The translations under genes were made by a program, and so were the position numbers. A stretch of DNA of 57,190 bases from Rhodospirillaceae bacterium (GTDB taxonomy: Bacteria > Pseudomonadota > Gammaproteobacteria > Burkholderiales > SG8-41). Below are positions 1 to 9,800 of this stretch, one piece after another; the stretch's first letter is position 1, and every line of letters begins with the position of its first letter. The notes beneath the pieces were generated by a model. That model was not told the DNA's origin. It ran no database searches and saw nothing but the letters and a program-made list of their open reading frames with translations. The stretch covers positions 1 to 57,190 of the forward strand of contig JBLNBW010000298.1 in the NCBI GenBank assembly GCA_050260255.1, written 5' to 3'.

Positions 1-811
1 TGAGCAGCATGAAGCAACCGGTGCCGTAGGTGTTCTTGGCCATGCCCGGAGCGTGGCACGCCTGACCGAACAGCGCCGCCTGCTGGTCGCCCGCGATTCC
101 CGCGATCGGGATTTCCGCGCCGAGCAGCGCACGTATCGTCGTCCCATAGGGCGCTGCGGAGGCCACCACGCGCGGAAGCAGAGCGGCCGGTACTCGAAAG
201 AGGCGCAGCAGCTCGTCATCCCAGGCACCGGAGTGGATATCGTAGAGTAACGTGCGCGACGCATTCGTGACATCGGTAAGATGCAGCGCGCCGCCCGTGA
301 GCTTCCACACGAGCCACGCGTCCACCGTCCCGAACGCGAGCTCGCCGCGCTCGGCCCGCGCCCGCAGCCCGCGTACGCTGTCGAGCATCCACGCGATCTT
401 GGTCGCGGAAAAATAAGGATCGATGACGAGACCGGTCTTCTTGCGCACGTCCTCCGCATGGCCTTCGCGGTTGAGCGACTCGCATCGCGCAGCCGTGCGC
501 CGGTCCTGCCATACGATCGCATTGCAGACCGGCTTACCGGTACGCCGCTCCCACAGTATCGTCGTCTCGCGTTGATTCGCGATGCCCAGGCCCGCCACGT
601 GCTCGCCCTTGACGCCCGCCCGCTTCAGCGCAGCACGTGCGCACGCAAGCTGGCTGCGCCAGATCTCCTCCGGATCGTGCTCGACCCAGCCGGGCCGCGG
701 ATAGTGCTGCGTGTATTCCTTCTGCGCCAGCCCTCTCACCGTGCCGCGTTCGTCGAACACGATAGCACGCGAGCTGGTGGTGCCTTGGTCGAGTGCGAGC
801 AGGTAACGCAT
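1..811 (-). CDS. glpK: glycerol kinase, N-terminal ~270 aa (3' end runs off the window)
   Basis: Absent from the ORF track because it has no in-window stop. Reverse complement from ATG at 811..809 reads [51 protein letters not shown]..., the FGGY/glycerol kinase N-terminal signature. Confidence 0.85.
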   Translation of the reverse strand, partial: MRYLLALDQGTTSSRAIVFDERGTVRGLAQKEYTQHYPRPGWVEHDPEEIWRSQLACARAALKRAGVKGEHVAGLGIANQRETTILWERRTGKPVCNAIVWQDRRTAARCESLNREGHAEDVRKKTGLVIDPYFSATKIAWMLDSVRGLRARAERGELAFGTVDAWLVWKLTGGALHLTDVTNASRTLLYDIHSGAWDDELLRLFRVPAALLPRVVASAAPYGTTIRALLGAEIPIAGIAGDQQAALFGQACHAPGMAKNTYGTGCFMLL

Positions 812-897
812 CCGCGTCGTCCTCCGGTGTGGACGAGGCAGTGTAGCATCGCCGCCGGTGCGATCCGGCATAATCCCACCATCGCTACGGAGACCCG

Positions 898-1557
898 ATG
901 CTGCCAGTGCTGTCAATGCTCGAAACGCGCGTGCTCGGCGTGCTCGCGGAAAAAGAGCGCACCGTGCCCGACACCTATCCGCTGACGCTCAACGCGCTCC
1001 TCGCCGGCTGCAATCAGAAAACCAGCCGCGATCCGGTCCTCAATGCAACCGAAACCGAAGTGCAGGCCGCGATCGATAGCTTGAGAGGCATGTCGCTCGT
1101 CATCGAATCGAGCGGCGGCCGCGTCGCTCGTTATGCGCATAACATGGAGCGCGTGCTGCAGATCCCGCGGCAATCGACCGCGATATTGACCGTTCTCATG
1201 CTGCGCGGCCCTCAAACGGCAGGAGAGCTGCGCATCAATTGCGAGAGACTGCACAGGTTCGAGGACATATCATCCGTGGAGGCATTCCTGCACGAGCTCG
1301 CGCAGCGTCCGGCCGGCGCACTCGTCACCGAGCTTCCGCGCCAAGCCGGAACGCGGGAGACGCGCTGGCTGCATCTATTGTCCGGCGCCGCGCCCGCGCA
1401 TGACTTTCCAGAACAACCTGCCGCAGCCGCCCACGCGGGCACCGCTTCAACCGGCGAAGTGGCCGCGCTCAAGGCCAACGTGGCGCGATTGCAGGACGAA
1501 GTGGACGATTTGAAGGCGAAGCTCGAAAAAATCCTGAATGAGTTGGGCCTTAAGTAA
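898..1557 (+). CDS. yceH: YceH/DUF480 family protein
   Basis: 219 aa [43 protein letters not shown]... and [11 protein letters not shown]...[11 protein letters not shown] align with my recollection of E. coli YceH. Divergent from glpK. Confidence 0.8.
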   Translation: MLPVLSMLETRVLGVLAEKERTVPDTYPLTLNALLAGCNQKTSRDPVLNATETEVQAAIDSLRGMSLVIESSGGRVARYAHNMERVLQIPRQSTAILTVLMLRGPQTAGELRINCERLHRFEDISSVEAFLHELAQRPAGALVTELPRQAGTRETRWLHLLSGAAPAHDFPEQPAAAAHAGTASTGEVAALKANVARLQDEVDDLKAKLEKILNELGLK

Positions 1558-1657
1558 ACCGTGAATGGTGAATGGAGCGAAGGGCGACGCCACTACCCAT
1601 CACTCCTTACTTGTTACACCTCACCCCTCACCGCGTCAGCGCATACTCCTCACCGCA

Positions 1658-2707
1658 TCAGCGCACGGTCTTGCGCGCGATGACGACGTTGTCGAGCACC
1701 AGGTTCTGCGTCCAGATCCAGCGCGCGCCTTCGAAGAGCTCCGGATAGCGCGTGTAGGCCGGAAGATTCGTCACGCCGATCTCCACGTCGGTGTACTCCC
1801 ACGCCCGTGGCCAGTTCGCATCATTGAAAGTCGGCGACTGCCAGTTGGCGGGAATCGGATAGTGCACCGCGTAGCACTTCTCTTCGCAGCTCGGCTTGCG
1901 AGCGTAAGGATGGGTACGGCCGCCGGCGCCGACCACCTCGTGCACGGCACCGCGCTCGACGACTTCCTTCGGATCGACCAGCGGTGCGATGTAGAACGTC
2001 TGCGCTTTCCACGAGCTGTCCGTCATCGTGCCGTCCGAGAACTTGGCGATCAGCCCGCCATCGCCCGGATAGTACTTGTTGGTCTTGGGCGTGACGGGCA
2101 CGGGGAACATCTCCATGCCGAGGCCCTGGTGCTCGTCCCAGTCCACCGCGAGGAACGCGATCGTGTAAGGGCGCTTCACCTTGAATTTTACGATCGCCGA
2201 GTTGAACGGCGTGTACGGGGTGTTGTCGACCGACACGAGCTTGCCGTTCACGTACATCTCGTAATAGTTGTCCGCCACGATGAAGCCGGTGATGACCTCC
2301 CCATCGGGATCGATCTCGATGACCGGCACCTTTGCGGTCGACACTTCCGAGGCGTTCTTCGGCGTAATCTGATTGCATTCGTTATAGAGATCGTAGCTCA
2401 GCGGACCGGTGCCTTTCTGCAGGGCCGTGACGGCCGGCATGGTGATCACGGTGCCGTCCTGCGCCGTGATCTCGCTCACCGCCGCGACGCGCACGTTCAT
2501 CTTCGGATTGGTGTGAGCGCACTTGGTGAGATTCTCGACGATGATCTTCGTCGCGGGGCCTTGCGTCACCATGCGCTTCGCCGGCGTAGTGTCAGGCGCG
2601 GATAACGCTGTCTGTGAGCCGCTCGATGCGCAACCGGCCAAAGCTCCGATGGCGGCGACAACGATGAGGCACACGGCGGTGCCGGCCGCGGATACGTGTC
2701 TGGTCAT
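1658..2707 (-). CDS. lipoprotein of unknown function
   Basis: 349 aa ORF with normal amino-acid composition. N-terminus MTRHVSAAGTAVCLIVVAAIGALAGCASSG is a signal peptide with an LAGC lipobox. GGAGGAGAA lies upstream of the ATG. No family recognised. Confidence 0.7.
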   Translation of the reverse strand: MTRHVSAAGTAVCLIVVAAIGALAGCASSGSQTALSAPDTTPAKRMVTQGPATKIIVENLTKCAHTNPKMNVRVAAVSEITAQDGTVITMPAVTALQKGTGPLSYDLYNECNQITPKNASEVSTAKVPVIEIDPDGEVITGFIVADNYYEMYVNGKLVSVDNTPYTPFNSAIVKFKVKRPYTIAFLAVDWDEHQGLGMEMFPVPVTPKTNKYYPGDGGLIAKFSDGTMTDSSWKAQTFYIAPLVDPKEVVERGAVHEVVGAGGRTHPYARKPSCEEKCYAVHYPIPANWQSPTFNDANWPRAWEYTDVEIGVTNLPAYTRYPELFEGARWIWTQNLVLDNVVIARKTVR

Positions 2708-3058
2708 GATTCTCCTCCCTGTTGGAAAACTGCCGTCCGAACGTCCGAGATATTGATGATATGCGGACGGTCCGGCTAGCTTAGCGAATCGTGCATGGGC
2801 TCACAACCACCGCGGCTTACGAGACTTGCGCCCAGGACACCGCTTCCTGCCGTGCCGCGAAGACACCGGCATGAGGTTCTAGACGTGGTCCATCCCCGAG
2901 GATTCGCGCAGCGACCGCACGCGGTATCATCCATCTGACGTCCGACGACCATCATGATCCGCTGGCATGCACCAAACGCGCCGGTGTGGAATGCGAGCAC
3001 GCCACGCCGCCTGCGACTCGCGTACAATGCCGCCTTTCGCATATCGCGAGTGGCCGAG

Positions 3059-3478
3059 ATGAAAACCACCAAGCCGTTTCCCGTCGCCGTGCGTGTCGTG
3101 CCCGTTGCGCCCAAGCCGCGCATAAAGTACTCGTGCGAGAAGTGCCCGGGCTATTGCTGCACGTATTCCGACATCGAGATCACCAAGCGCGACATCGAAC
3201 GGCTGGGCCGTCACTTCGGGCTTACGTACGCGCGCGCCGAGCAGAAGTTCACCAAGCCGGATTCCACCGGCAAGGCGCGGCTGCTGCGCCATCGCAAGGA
3301 CAGCATCTTCGACTCGGCCTGCATGTTCTTCGATCAGGAGAGACGATGCTGCACGGTGTACGAAGTGCGTCCCGGCGTGTGCCGCAAGTATCCGGACAGC
3401 GCGCGTTGCGGCTATTACGATTTCCTCATGTTCGAGCGCGAGCAGCAGGGCGACGACGACTACATCGCGCTGACCTGA
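3059..3478 (+). CDS. YkgJ-family cysteine-cluster (putative Zn/Fe-S) protein
   Basis: Internal ATG of ORF 2954..3478. MKTTKPF...YSCEKCPGYCCTY...CMFFDQERRCCTVYEVRPGVCRKYP matches the CxxCxxCC / C-rich UPF0153 pattern. Confidence 0.75.
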   Translation: MKTTKPFPVAVRVVPVAPKPRIKYSCEKCPGYCCTYSDIEITKRDIERLGRHFGLTYARAEQKFTKPDSTGKARLLRHRKDSIFDSACMFFDQERRCCTVYEVRPGVCRKYPDSARCGYYDFLMFEREQQGDDDYIALT

Positions 3479-3521
3479 CCCGCTGCAGTGAAGGGAACGG
3501 TTGCGATCGCTTCCTGGCGCC

Positions 3522-6137
3522 CTAGCTCGTGCTGCTCTCCGGCATGAGGTTTTCCACGTCGGCGGCCGTGAGCGGACGGCCGAACAGATAGCCCTGCGCT
3601 TCTTCGCACCCGAGGCTGCGCAGCAGGTTCGCCTGCTCCTCGGTCTCCACGCCTTCGGCGATCACATTGAGGCGTAGCGTGCGCCCCAGCGACACGATGG
3701 TCGACACGATGGCGGTGTCGTGCGTGCTGCCGGTCAGCCGCGCTACGAAGGACCGGTCGATCTTCAGCGCCGCCACGGGCAACTGGGCGAGATAGCCGAG
3801 AGAGGAATAGCCGGTGCCGAAGTCGTCGAGCGCGATTTCAACACCCGCGTCGCGCAGTCGGGCGAGCTTCGCTATGCCGCTCTCGAGCGATTCCATAAGC
3901 ATCGATTCAGTAATTTCGACGCTCATCTGCTCCGGCATGCTGCCGGCCGCGGTGATGCCGTCCAATATGTCACCGACGAAGTCCGGCTGCCGCAATTGCA
4001 CCGCAGATACGTTGAGCGCGACCCTCGGTGGCTCGTAGCCTTTCGCCCGCCAGCGGACGCATTGGAAGGCCGCCTCCCGCACGGCCCATGCACCGACCTC
4101 AACGATCATGCCGGTTTCTTCAAGCAGGTGAACGAAGTCGTTCGGCAGCACGAGCGGTTCCCCGGCCGGTTGCCACCGCAGCAATGCCTCGAGCCCGGTC
4201 AGCTTTCCCGTAATGAGATTCACGCGCGGCTGGTAGTAGAGCACGAATTCGTTGCGATCGAGCGCGACGCGCAGGCGATTCTCCAGTCGCAGCTTCTCCG
4301 CGACTTTCACGTTCATTTCCGGCTCGTAGAAACAATAGCGCGAACCATGCCGCTTCGCCGTGTGCAATGCAGCCTCGGCGTTCTTCATGAGCGTGTTCGC
4401 ATTCGCGCCGTCGTCCGGGCACACGGCTATGCCGGCCCGCATCTGGACACGCAGTTCCTGACCGTTCAGGGTGAAAGGCGCGGCGACCGCGCTCAGCACC
4501 CGGCCCTCGAGCAGATGCACGATCTCGGACACTTCCTCCACTGCGGGAAGACCGAATGCGTAGCGGTCGCCGCTCAACCGGGTGAGCAGCGTCGCCTCGG
4601 ACAGGGCGCCCGTCAGCCTTTGCGCGAGCTGCTGCAGCACCGTGTCGCCGGCGGCCGTTCCGAACGTGTCATTGATGACGTGGAAGCGCTCGACGTCCAG
4701 CACTACGCATGCGACGTGAGAATGCGCCGTGCGGCCGCGCACCATCTGGTTCAAGCGGTCGAAAAACAGCGTGCGATTCGGCAGGCCGGTGAGGCCGTCG
4801 TAGTAGGCGAGGTAGTCCACGCGCTCGGTCTTCGCAATATGGTCGAGTGCAAACGAAATATCGCCGGCCAACTCGTCCAGCAGCTTCATCTCTTCGGCGT
4901 TGAAAAAGCCCGTTTCCGTCGCGTACAGCAATAGCACCCCGACGGCGGCGTCCTGCAGGAAGAGCGGCAATGCAGCGAGCGCGCGATAGCCGCGGCTCAA
5001 CGCTTCCTGCCTGTATATCATTCCTCCTTCCGTTGCGATGTCGTCGACGATAACCGGACGCTTGCTCCGTATGGCGCGCGCCGCAGCGCCGGCGTGCTCA
5101 CCCACGACGCGGTTCACGACGCCGATAGCCTTGAGATAGCCCGCTTCGTGGCCCCGATGGGCGACAGGCGACAGTCTGTTCGTTTGCGTGTCCACCACGC
5201 CTATCCATGCCATGCGGAAGCCCGCATGCTCGACGGCGATGCGGCACGCCTCGTCGAACAGTTTCGTCCGATCTTTCACTCTCACGATGACTGAGTTGAT
5301 GCCGCTCAGCATGGCATGTATGCGGTTTAGTCGCGCGATACGCTCTTCCTGCTTCTTGCGCAGCGTGATGTCGCTGGTGAGCCCGTCTATTCGCAAAATA
5401 GATCCGTCGTCTGCGCGCACTGCGTGGCCGCGCGAGTGCACCCATCGCACGCTGCCGTCGCCTCGAACGATGCGAAACTCCGCGTCGAACGGCAGGCCCT
5501 GCGTCGTCATCGCATCCCAGGCGGCCTCGACACGCGCCGCGTCCGGCGGAAACAGCGCGCGCCGCCAGTTTTCCGGGTTGTCAAGGAATTCCCGCGGCCG
5601 TCCCCAGATGAGCTCCACGGCCGGATTGAGATAGACGACCTCGCCGTTTGCGGACAGCGACCACACGGCGTCCGTGATCGATGCCAGTATGCTGTCGAGG
5701 CGGCTTTTCGTTTCCGCGAGTTCAGCTTCTGCCCGTGCGCGTGCGCGCCTGTCGCGGGCCTCCGCCAGCGCGCGCCTCACCACGGGCACGAGGCGATGCA
5801 GCCTGTCCTTCAGCACGTAATCGGTCGCGCCCCGCCTCATCGCTTCCACGGCGCGTTCTTCGCCTATCGTGCCGGAAACGAATATGAAGGGCACGTCGGG
5901 CACGCGCGCTGCAGCGAGCTGAAGCGCCGCGAGTCCATCGAACGCCGTCGGCAGAGTGAAATCCGATATGATGAGATCGGGCTTCGTGCTTTCCAGCGCC
6001 GCTTCGAATGCAGCTCGCGTATCGACCCGGTTAAATCCGCATCGCATGCCGGCACGCAAGAGCTCCCGCCGGCACAGCTCCGCGTCGGTTTCCTCGTCCT
6101 CCACGATCAGCACCGTGAGGTGCCGCTCCCCATCCAT
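3522..6137 (-). CDS. response-regulator receiver-PAS-GAF-GGDEF-EAL protein (c-di-GMP turnover)
   Basis: 871 aa. The N-terminus LTVLIVEDEETDAE...ISDFTLP is a REC domain. YYDGLTGLPNR...GDRYAF is a GGDEF domain. YYQPRV...EALLRW...EITES...DDFGTGYSSL...KIDRSF is an EAL domain. Confidence 0.9.
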   Translation of the reverse strand: MDGERHLTVLIVEDEETDAELCRRELLRAGMRCGFNRVDTRAAFEAALESTKPDLIISDFTLPTAFDGLAALQLAAARVPDVPFIFVSGTIGEERAVEAMRRGATDYVLKDRLHRLVPVVRRALAEARDRRARARAEAELAETKSRLDSILASITDAVWSLSANGEVVYLNPAVELIWGRPREFLDNPENWRRALFPPDAARVEAAWDAMTTQGLPFDAEFRIVRGDGSVRWVHSRGHAVRADDGSILRIDGLTSDITLRKKQEERIARLNRIHAMLSGINSVIVRVKDRTKLFDEACRIAVEHAGFRMAWIGVVDTQTNRLSPVAHRGHEAGYLKAIGVVNRVVGEHAGAAARAIRSKRPVIVDDIATEGGMIYRQEALSRGYRALAALPLFLQDAAVGVLLLYATETGFFNAEEMKLLDELAGDISFALDHIAKTERVDYLAYYDGLTGLPNRTLFFDRLNQMVRGRTAHSHVACVVLDVERFHVINDTFGTAAGDTVLQQLAQRLTGALSEATLLTRLSGDRYAFGLPAVEEVSEIVHLLEGRVLSAVAAPFTLNGQELRVQMRAGIAVCPDDGANANTLMKNAEAALHTAKRHGSRYCFYEPEMNVKVAEKLRLENRLRVALDRNEFVLYYQPRVNLITGKLTGLEALLRWQPAGEPLVLPNDFVHLLEETGMIVEVGAWAVREAAFQCVRWRAKGYEPPRVALNVSAVQLRQPDFVGDILDGITAAGSMPEQMSVEITESMLMESLESGIAKLARLRDAGVEIALDDFGTGYSSLGYLAQLPVAALKIDRSFVARLTGSTHDTAIVSTIVSLGRTLRLNVIAEGVETEEQANLLRSLGCEEAQGYLFGRPLTAADVENLMPESSTS

Positions 6138-6157
6138 CCGCGCTCCCGCCTCTCCCG

Positions 6158-6595
6158 CTACGGCGTTCGGTTCATCACGACCCAGTAGAAACCGAGCTGG
6201 GCAACCTGGTCGACGAAAGCATCGAAATCGACGGGCTTCACGATATAGCTGTTGACGCCGAGCTCGTAGCTGCGCATGAGGTCGCTTTCTTCCGCGCTCG
6301 ACGTGAGCATGACGACCGGCGTCGCAGCCAACCGTGCATCGCCGCGGATCGCTCGCAGCACGTCGATGCCGTCGACTTTAGGCATCTTGATGTCGAGGAG
6401 CACGAGCTTCGGCACCGTGCCGGGCCTGTCCGCGTACGCGCCCCGGCAGAAGAGGTAGTCGAGCGCCTCGGCTCCGTCCTTAACCCAGGTGATCGCGTTG
6501 CCGAGCGCCTTCTTCTCGAGGGCGCGCAACGTGAGCTCCGCATCCGTCTCGTTGTCCTCTGCGAGGAGGATCTCCACCTGTTGCATATCATTCAT
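6158..6595 (-). CDS. single-domain CheY-like response regulator
   Basis: Internal start gives MNDMQQVEILLAEDNETDAELTLRAL...LLDIKMPKVDGIDVL...VVMLTSS...SYIVKP. Its ATG (6595..6593) overlaps the stop (6590..6588) of the upstream kinase. Confidence 0.85.
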   Translation of the reverse strand: MNDMQQVEILLAEDNETDAELTLRALEKKALGNAITWVKDGAEALDYLFCRGAYADRPGTVPKLVLLDIKMPKVDGIDVLRAIRGDARLAATPVVMLTSSAEESDLMRSYELGVNSYIVKPVDFDAFVDQVAQLGFYWVVMNRTP

Positions 6596-8354
6596 CGTTG
6601 CCCCCGTCCGGCAGACTGAAATAGAAAGTGGCGCCCTCGCCGACCGCTCCTTCCGCGCGCACGCGCCCGGCATGGCGCGTCACCGCGCGCTTGACGATCG
6701 CGAGACCCACACCGGTGCCCGGATACTCCTGCTGGGAGTGCAGCCGCTGGAACACGCCGAACAGCTTGTCGGCGTACTTCATGTCGAAGCCCGCGCCGTT
6801 GTCGCGCACCCAGTAGAGGCAGCCCTCCACGGTCCTGCAGCCGCCGACTTCGATCTGCGGCTGCCCCCTTCCCGCCGTGAACTTCACCGCATTCGAGAGC
6901 AGATTGATCCACACCTGCCTCAACAGCGCCTTGTCCCCCCAAGCGGCGGGGAGCTCCGCCATCCGCAGCTCGGGCAGCGGCCGCTCGGCTCCCTGCTGCA
7001 TCAGGTGGTACGCTTCACGCACGAGCCTCGTCATGTCGAGAAGGGCCATGTTGAGCGGCTTGCGGCCCAATCGCGAGAAGGAGAGCAGATCGTCGATCAG
7101 CTGCCCCATCTTGCGCGCGCTGTCGCGCACCACGGTGATCTTCCGGCGATCCTCGGCATCGAGCTTGTCGTCGATGTCTTCCTGCAGCATTCGGGCATAG
7201 CCATCGATGGCGCGAAGCGGTACGCGCAGATCGTGCGACACGGAGTAGCTGAATCCTTCAAGCTCCTGGTTCACGGCAACGAGCTGCGTGTTACGCCGCT
7301 CGAGCTCGACGTTGAGCTGCTTCGCGCGGCTTTCCGCGGAACGGCGCGCGGTGATGTCGAACATGGTGACCCGGCTCATGACGAAGCGCCCCGATTCATC
7401 GCGCACCGCTGTGGCGCTCAGCGATACCGGAAAAGTCGAGCCGTCCTTGCGCCGCAGATCGAACTCGGCATCGTGCACGGAGCCCTCGTTCTTCAAGCAC
7501 TCGAACCGCTCGTCGAACTGCCGCCGTCCCGTTTCGGTGAGCAGTGATGCGAACGGCTTGCCGATGAGCTCGTCGCGCTCGTATCCGAGCCAGGCGAGTT
7601 CCGTATCGTTGGCCCGAACGATGCGGCCCTGCGCGTCCAGCGAGTGATAGGCGCACGGCGCGTGGTTGTACAGATCCTCCACCTCGCGGCCATAGTCTTC
7701 CGCCTTCTTCTGCGCCGCCTCGCGCGCATGGAGCTCGCGCCGCACGACGACCAGCGCGACGAGCAGGAACGCCATCGCGAGCGTGCTGCCGCCGGCCATC
7801 GTGGCGACCGTCGTGCGGGAGGTCGATTCCCAGTGGCGCGTCCAGTGCTCGAGCTGCGCCTCTTCGTCCTTCTTCATGCTCGCCACGAGACTTCGCGCGT
7901 CATCCATGATGCGCTTCCCCGGCCCGCCCACAACGCGCCCTATGGCTTCCGGCGCCTCCCCGTCCCGGCGGAGCTTGATCGCCGTGCGGAGCAGTACGTA
8001 GCGCTGCGAGACCAGTTCGCCGAGTGCGATCACGCGGTCGCGGTGGGACTCGTTGCCGGCCGCCATCTCCGTAAGACTCTTGATGAGGCCGGGCAAAGCG
8101 CGTGTAGCGCTTTCGTACGGCTCGAGAAACGCAGGATTACCGGTAATGACATATCCGCGCTGGCCGCTCTCCGCGTCCTTGAGCTGGGATAGCAGCTCCT
8201 CGAGCTCGGCGACGAAGCGGGAGGAATGGACGATGCGCCGCGAGCTTTCTTCGGCGTCCCTCATGTTGATGAAGGCTGCGAGGCCAATGGCGACGAGGAT
8301 AGTGAGCGCTGCCGTCACGCCGACATTGAATAGTGGTTTTTTCACGCCGTGCAT
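6588..8354 (-). CDS. CHASE3-PAS sensor histidine kinase
   Basis: Start chosen at MHGVKKPLFNVGV (TM segment). RFVAELEELLSQLKDAESGQRGYVITGNPAFLEPY is CHASE3-like. The H-box is FSYSVSHDLRVPLRAI and the ATPase G-boxes are RDNGAGFD / GTGVGLAIV. The start is uncertain; the ORF extends to 8456. Confidence 0.85.
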   Translation of the reverse strand: MHGVKKPLFNVGVTAALTILVAIGLAAFINMRDAEESSRRIVHSSRFVAELEELLSQLKDAESGQRGYVITGNPAFLEPYESATRALPGLIKSLTEMAAGNESHRDRVIALGELVSQRYVLLRTAIKLRRDGEAPEAIGRVVGGPGKRIMDDARSLVASMKKDEEAQLEHWTRHWESTSRTTVATMAGGSTLAMAFLLVALVVVRRELHAREAAQKKAEDYGREVEDLYNHAPCAYHSLDAQGRIVRANDTELAWLGYERDELIGKPFASLLTETGRRQFDERFECLKNEGSVHDAEFDLRRKDGSTFPVSLSATAVRDESGRFVMSRVTMFDITARRSAESRAKQLNVELERRNTQLVAVNQELEGFSYSVSHDLRVPLRAIDGYARMLQEDIDDKLDAEDRRKITVVRDSARKMGQLIDDLLSFSRLGRKPLNMALLDMTRLVREAYHLMQQGAERPLPELRMAELPAAWGDKALLRQVWINLLSNAVKFTAGRGQPQIEVGGCRTVEGCLYWVRDNGAGFDMKYADKLFGVFQRLHSQQEYPGTGVGLAIVKRAVTRHAGRVRAEGAVGEGATFYFSLPDGGNDE

Positions 8355-8554
8355 GATTTCACAATGCGCGCTCATCATGCTGTAACACCGACGGCAACGC
8401 TCGTCATATCTTGCGCAGAAGCGCCAATTCTTGCGATGGCGGAAAATACCGTGCAAATGTCACATACGACGACCTTGTGCGCGTCTTCGTCTTCATCTAA
8501 CGTTTTCGCGCAGTCGCACCACGTCAGTGCCGCGGGTCCTGTTCATAATTTGAG

Positions 8555-9448
8555 ATGCCGATCATCACGCCGGAGGTCATGAGCGCCTGGCTCAAGCTGC
8601 AGCCGGAAGCGTCGAGTGCCGGGCTTCACACCAAGGTAGGCGCTGCCCTGTGGGACATCCGTGTTCCTGCCGGAGGCGCGTGGGAAGGGGCCACGCAGCG
8701 CAGCACCACGAGCCACGTGCTGTGGTTCGTGGTCAAACCGTTCTTCCTGGAGTACGAGGTGGACGGGCGCGCGATGTGGTCCGGCCCTGTGGAGCGACAC
8801 GCCTCGCACCTCCTGCGCGCCGGCGAGCGCGCGCGCGGTATATTCCACGGACCCGGACAGGTGCTGCACTTGTACATACCGCACGAGCTGCTCGCCGAGG
8901 TGTCCCGGGACTTCGGCCATCCGGCGTTCGAGCTCGTCGATCCGGGCTTGCGGGTCGAGCCGGACCTGGCGCCGATCGAGAAGCTCATCACGAATCTCAT
9001 CGCCAAAAGGGACCGCCTCGCGCAGCTCGAGCTGGACAATGTCGGCATCATGGCGTGCGCGCGGCTGCTGCGTTGCTGGTCCACGCGGCAGCCCGCGAGC
9101 GAGATGAAAGGAGGCCTGGGCGCCTGGCAGGTGAAGCGCGCAATCACCTTCCTGATGGACCATCTGCAGGAGGACATCAGCCTTAGCGACGTCGCATCGC
9201 ACGTCGGCCTGTCGCAGTTCCATTTCAATCGTGCATTCAAGCGCAGCGTCGGTGTGTCGCCGCATCGCTATCTTCTTCTGAAGCGCATCGAGAAGGCGAA
9301 AGAGTTGCTCGCGCACGGCACGCTCAGCATCACCGAGATCGCGGAGCGCGTCGGCTACACCGATCCCAACCAGCTCGCCCGTGCGTTCCGAAAAGAGGTG
9401 CTTACGACGCCCAGCGAGTACCGCCGGCGATATCGGGGCAGGCCGTAA
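8555..9448 (+). CDS. AraC-family transcriptional regulator
   Basis: The C-terminal double HTH reads LSDVASHVGLSQFHFNRAFKRSVGVSPHRYLLLKRIEKAKELL...ITEIAERVGYTDPNQLARAFRKEVLTTPSEYRR. Confidence 0.85.
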   Translation: MPIITPEVMSAWLKLQPEASSAGLHTKVGAALWDIRVPAGGAWEGATQRSTTSHVLWFVVKPFFLEYEVDGRAMWSGPVERHASHLLRAGERARGIFHGPGQVLHLYIPHELLAEVSRDFGHPAFELVDPGLRVEPDLAPIEKLITNLIAKRDRLAQLELDNVGIMACARLLRCWSTRQPASEMKGGLGAWQVKRAITFLMDHLQEDISLSDVASHVGLSQFHFNRAFKRSVGVSPHRYLLLKRIEKAKELLAHGTLSITEIAERVGYTDPNQLARAFRKEVLTTPSEYRRRYRGRP

Positions 9449-9800
9449 ATGCTGCGGATCGCACCATAAGGATGCCGGAGCTGCTCGCGGTCACCGCGAG
9501 CCTACGGCCCGAGCGCCATCGTCGCAGAAGCGGACGAACAGGATACGCGCTCGCTGGTGCGAAGACGGTCGAGCTGTTCACCTCGCTGCTGGTCGCCATC
9601 GCCAAGCGCGCCGATCATGCGGCGTCGCGCGGTGGGTACACGCGGCGCGCAGCGCTGTCGGGCTTCGGAGACACTCGGTCAGTACGCGCACTCTTGCCCA
9701 AGCTTGCGTGCTAAAGTCGCGTCGAGCCGACCGGTTACCACGCTGGATTCGGCCACAAGAATCCAGCAGCATCCTCCTGCTACAAACCGTTCTTTAATCA

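Noticed and set aside
281-985. 234-aa plus-strand ORF at the left end.
   Set aside because: It is antisense to the glycerol kinase N-terminus, which is absent from the ORF track only because that gene lacks an in-window stop.
9743-9766. Perfect 8-bp hairpin CTGGATTC-N8-GAATCCAG between the AraC gene and the hybrid kinase.
   Set aside because: There is no U-tract afterwards, so it is not a convincing intrinsic terminator. It may be a protein-binding palindrome, but there is no supporting evidence.
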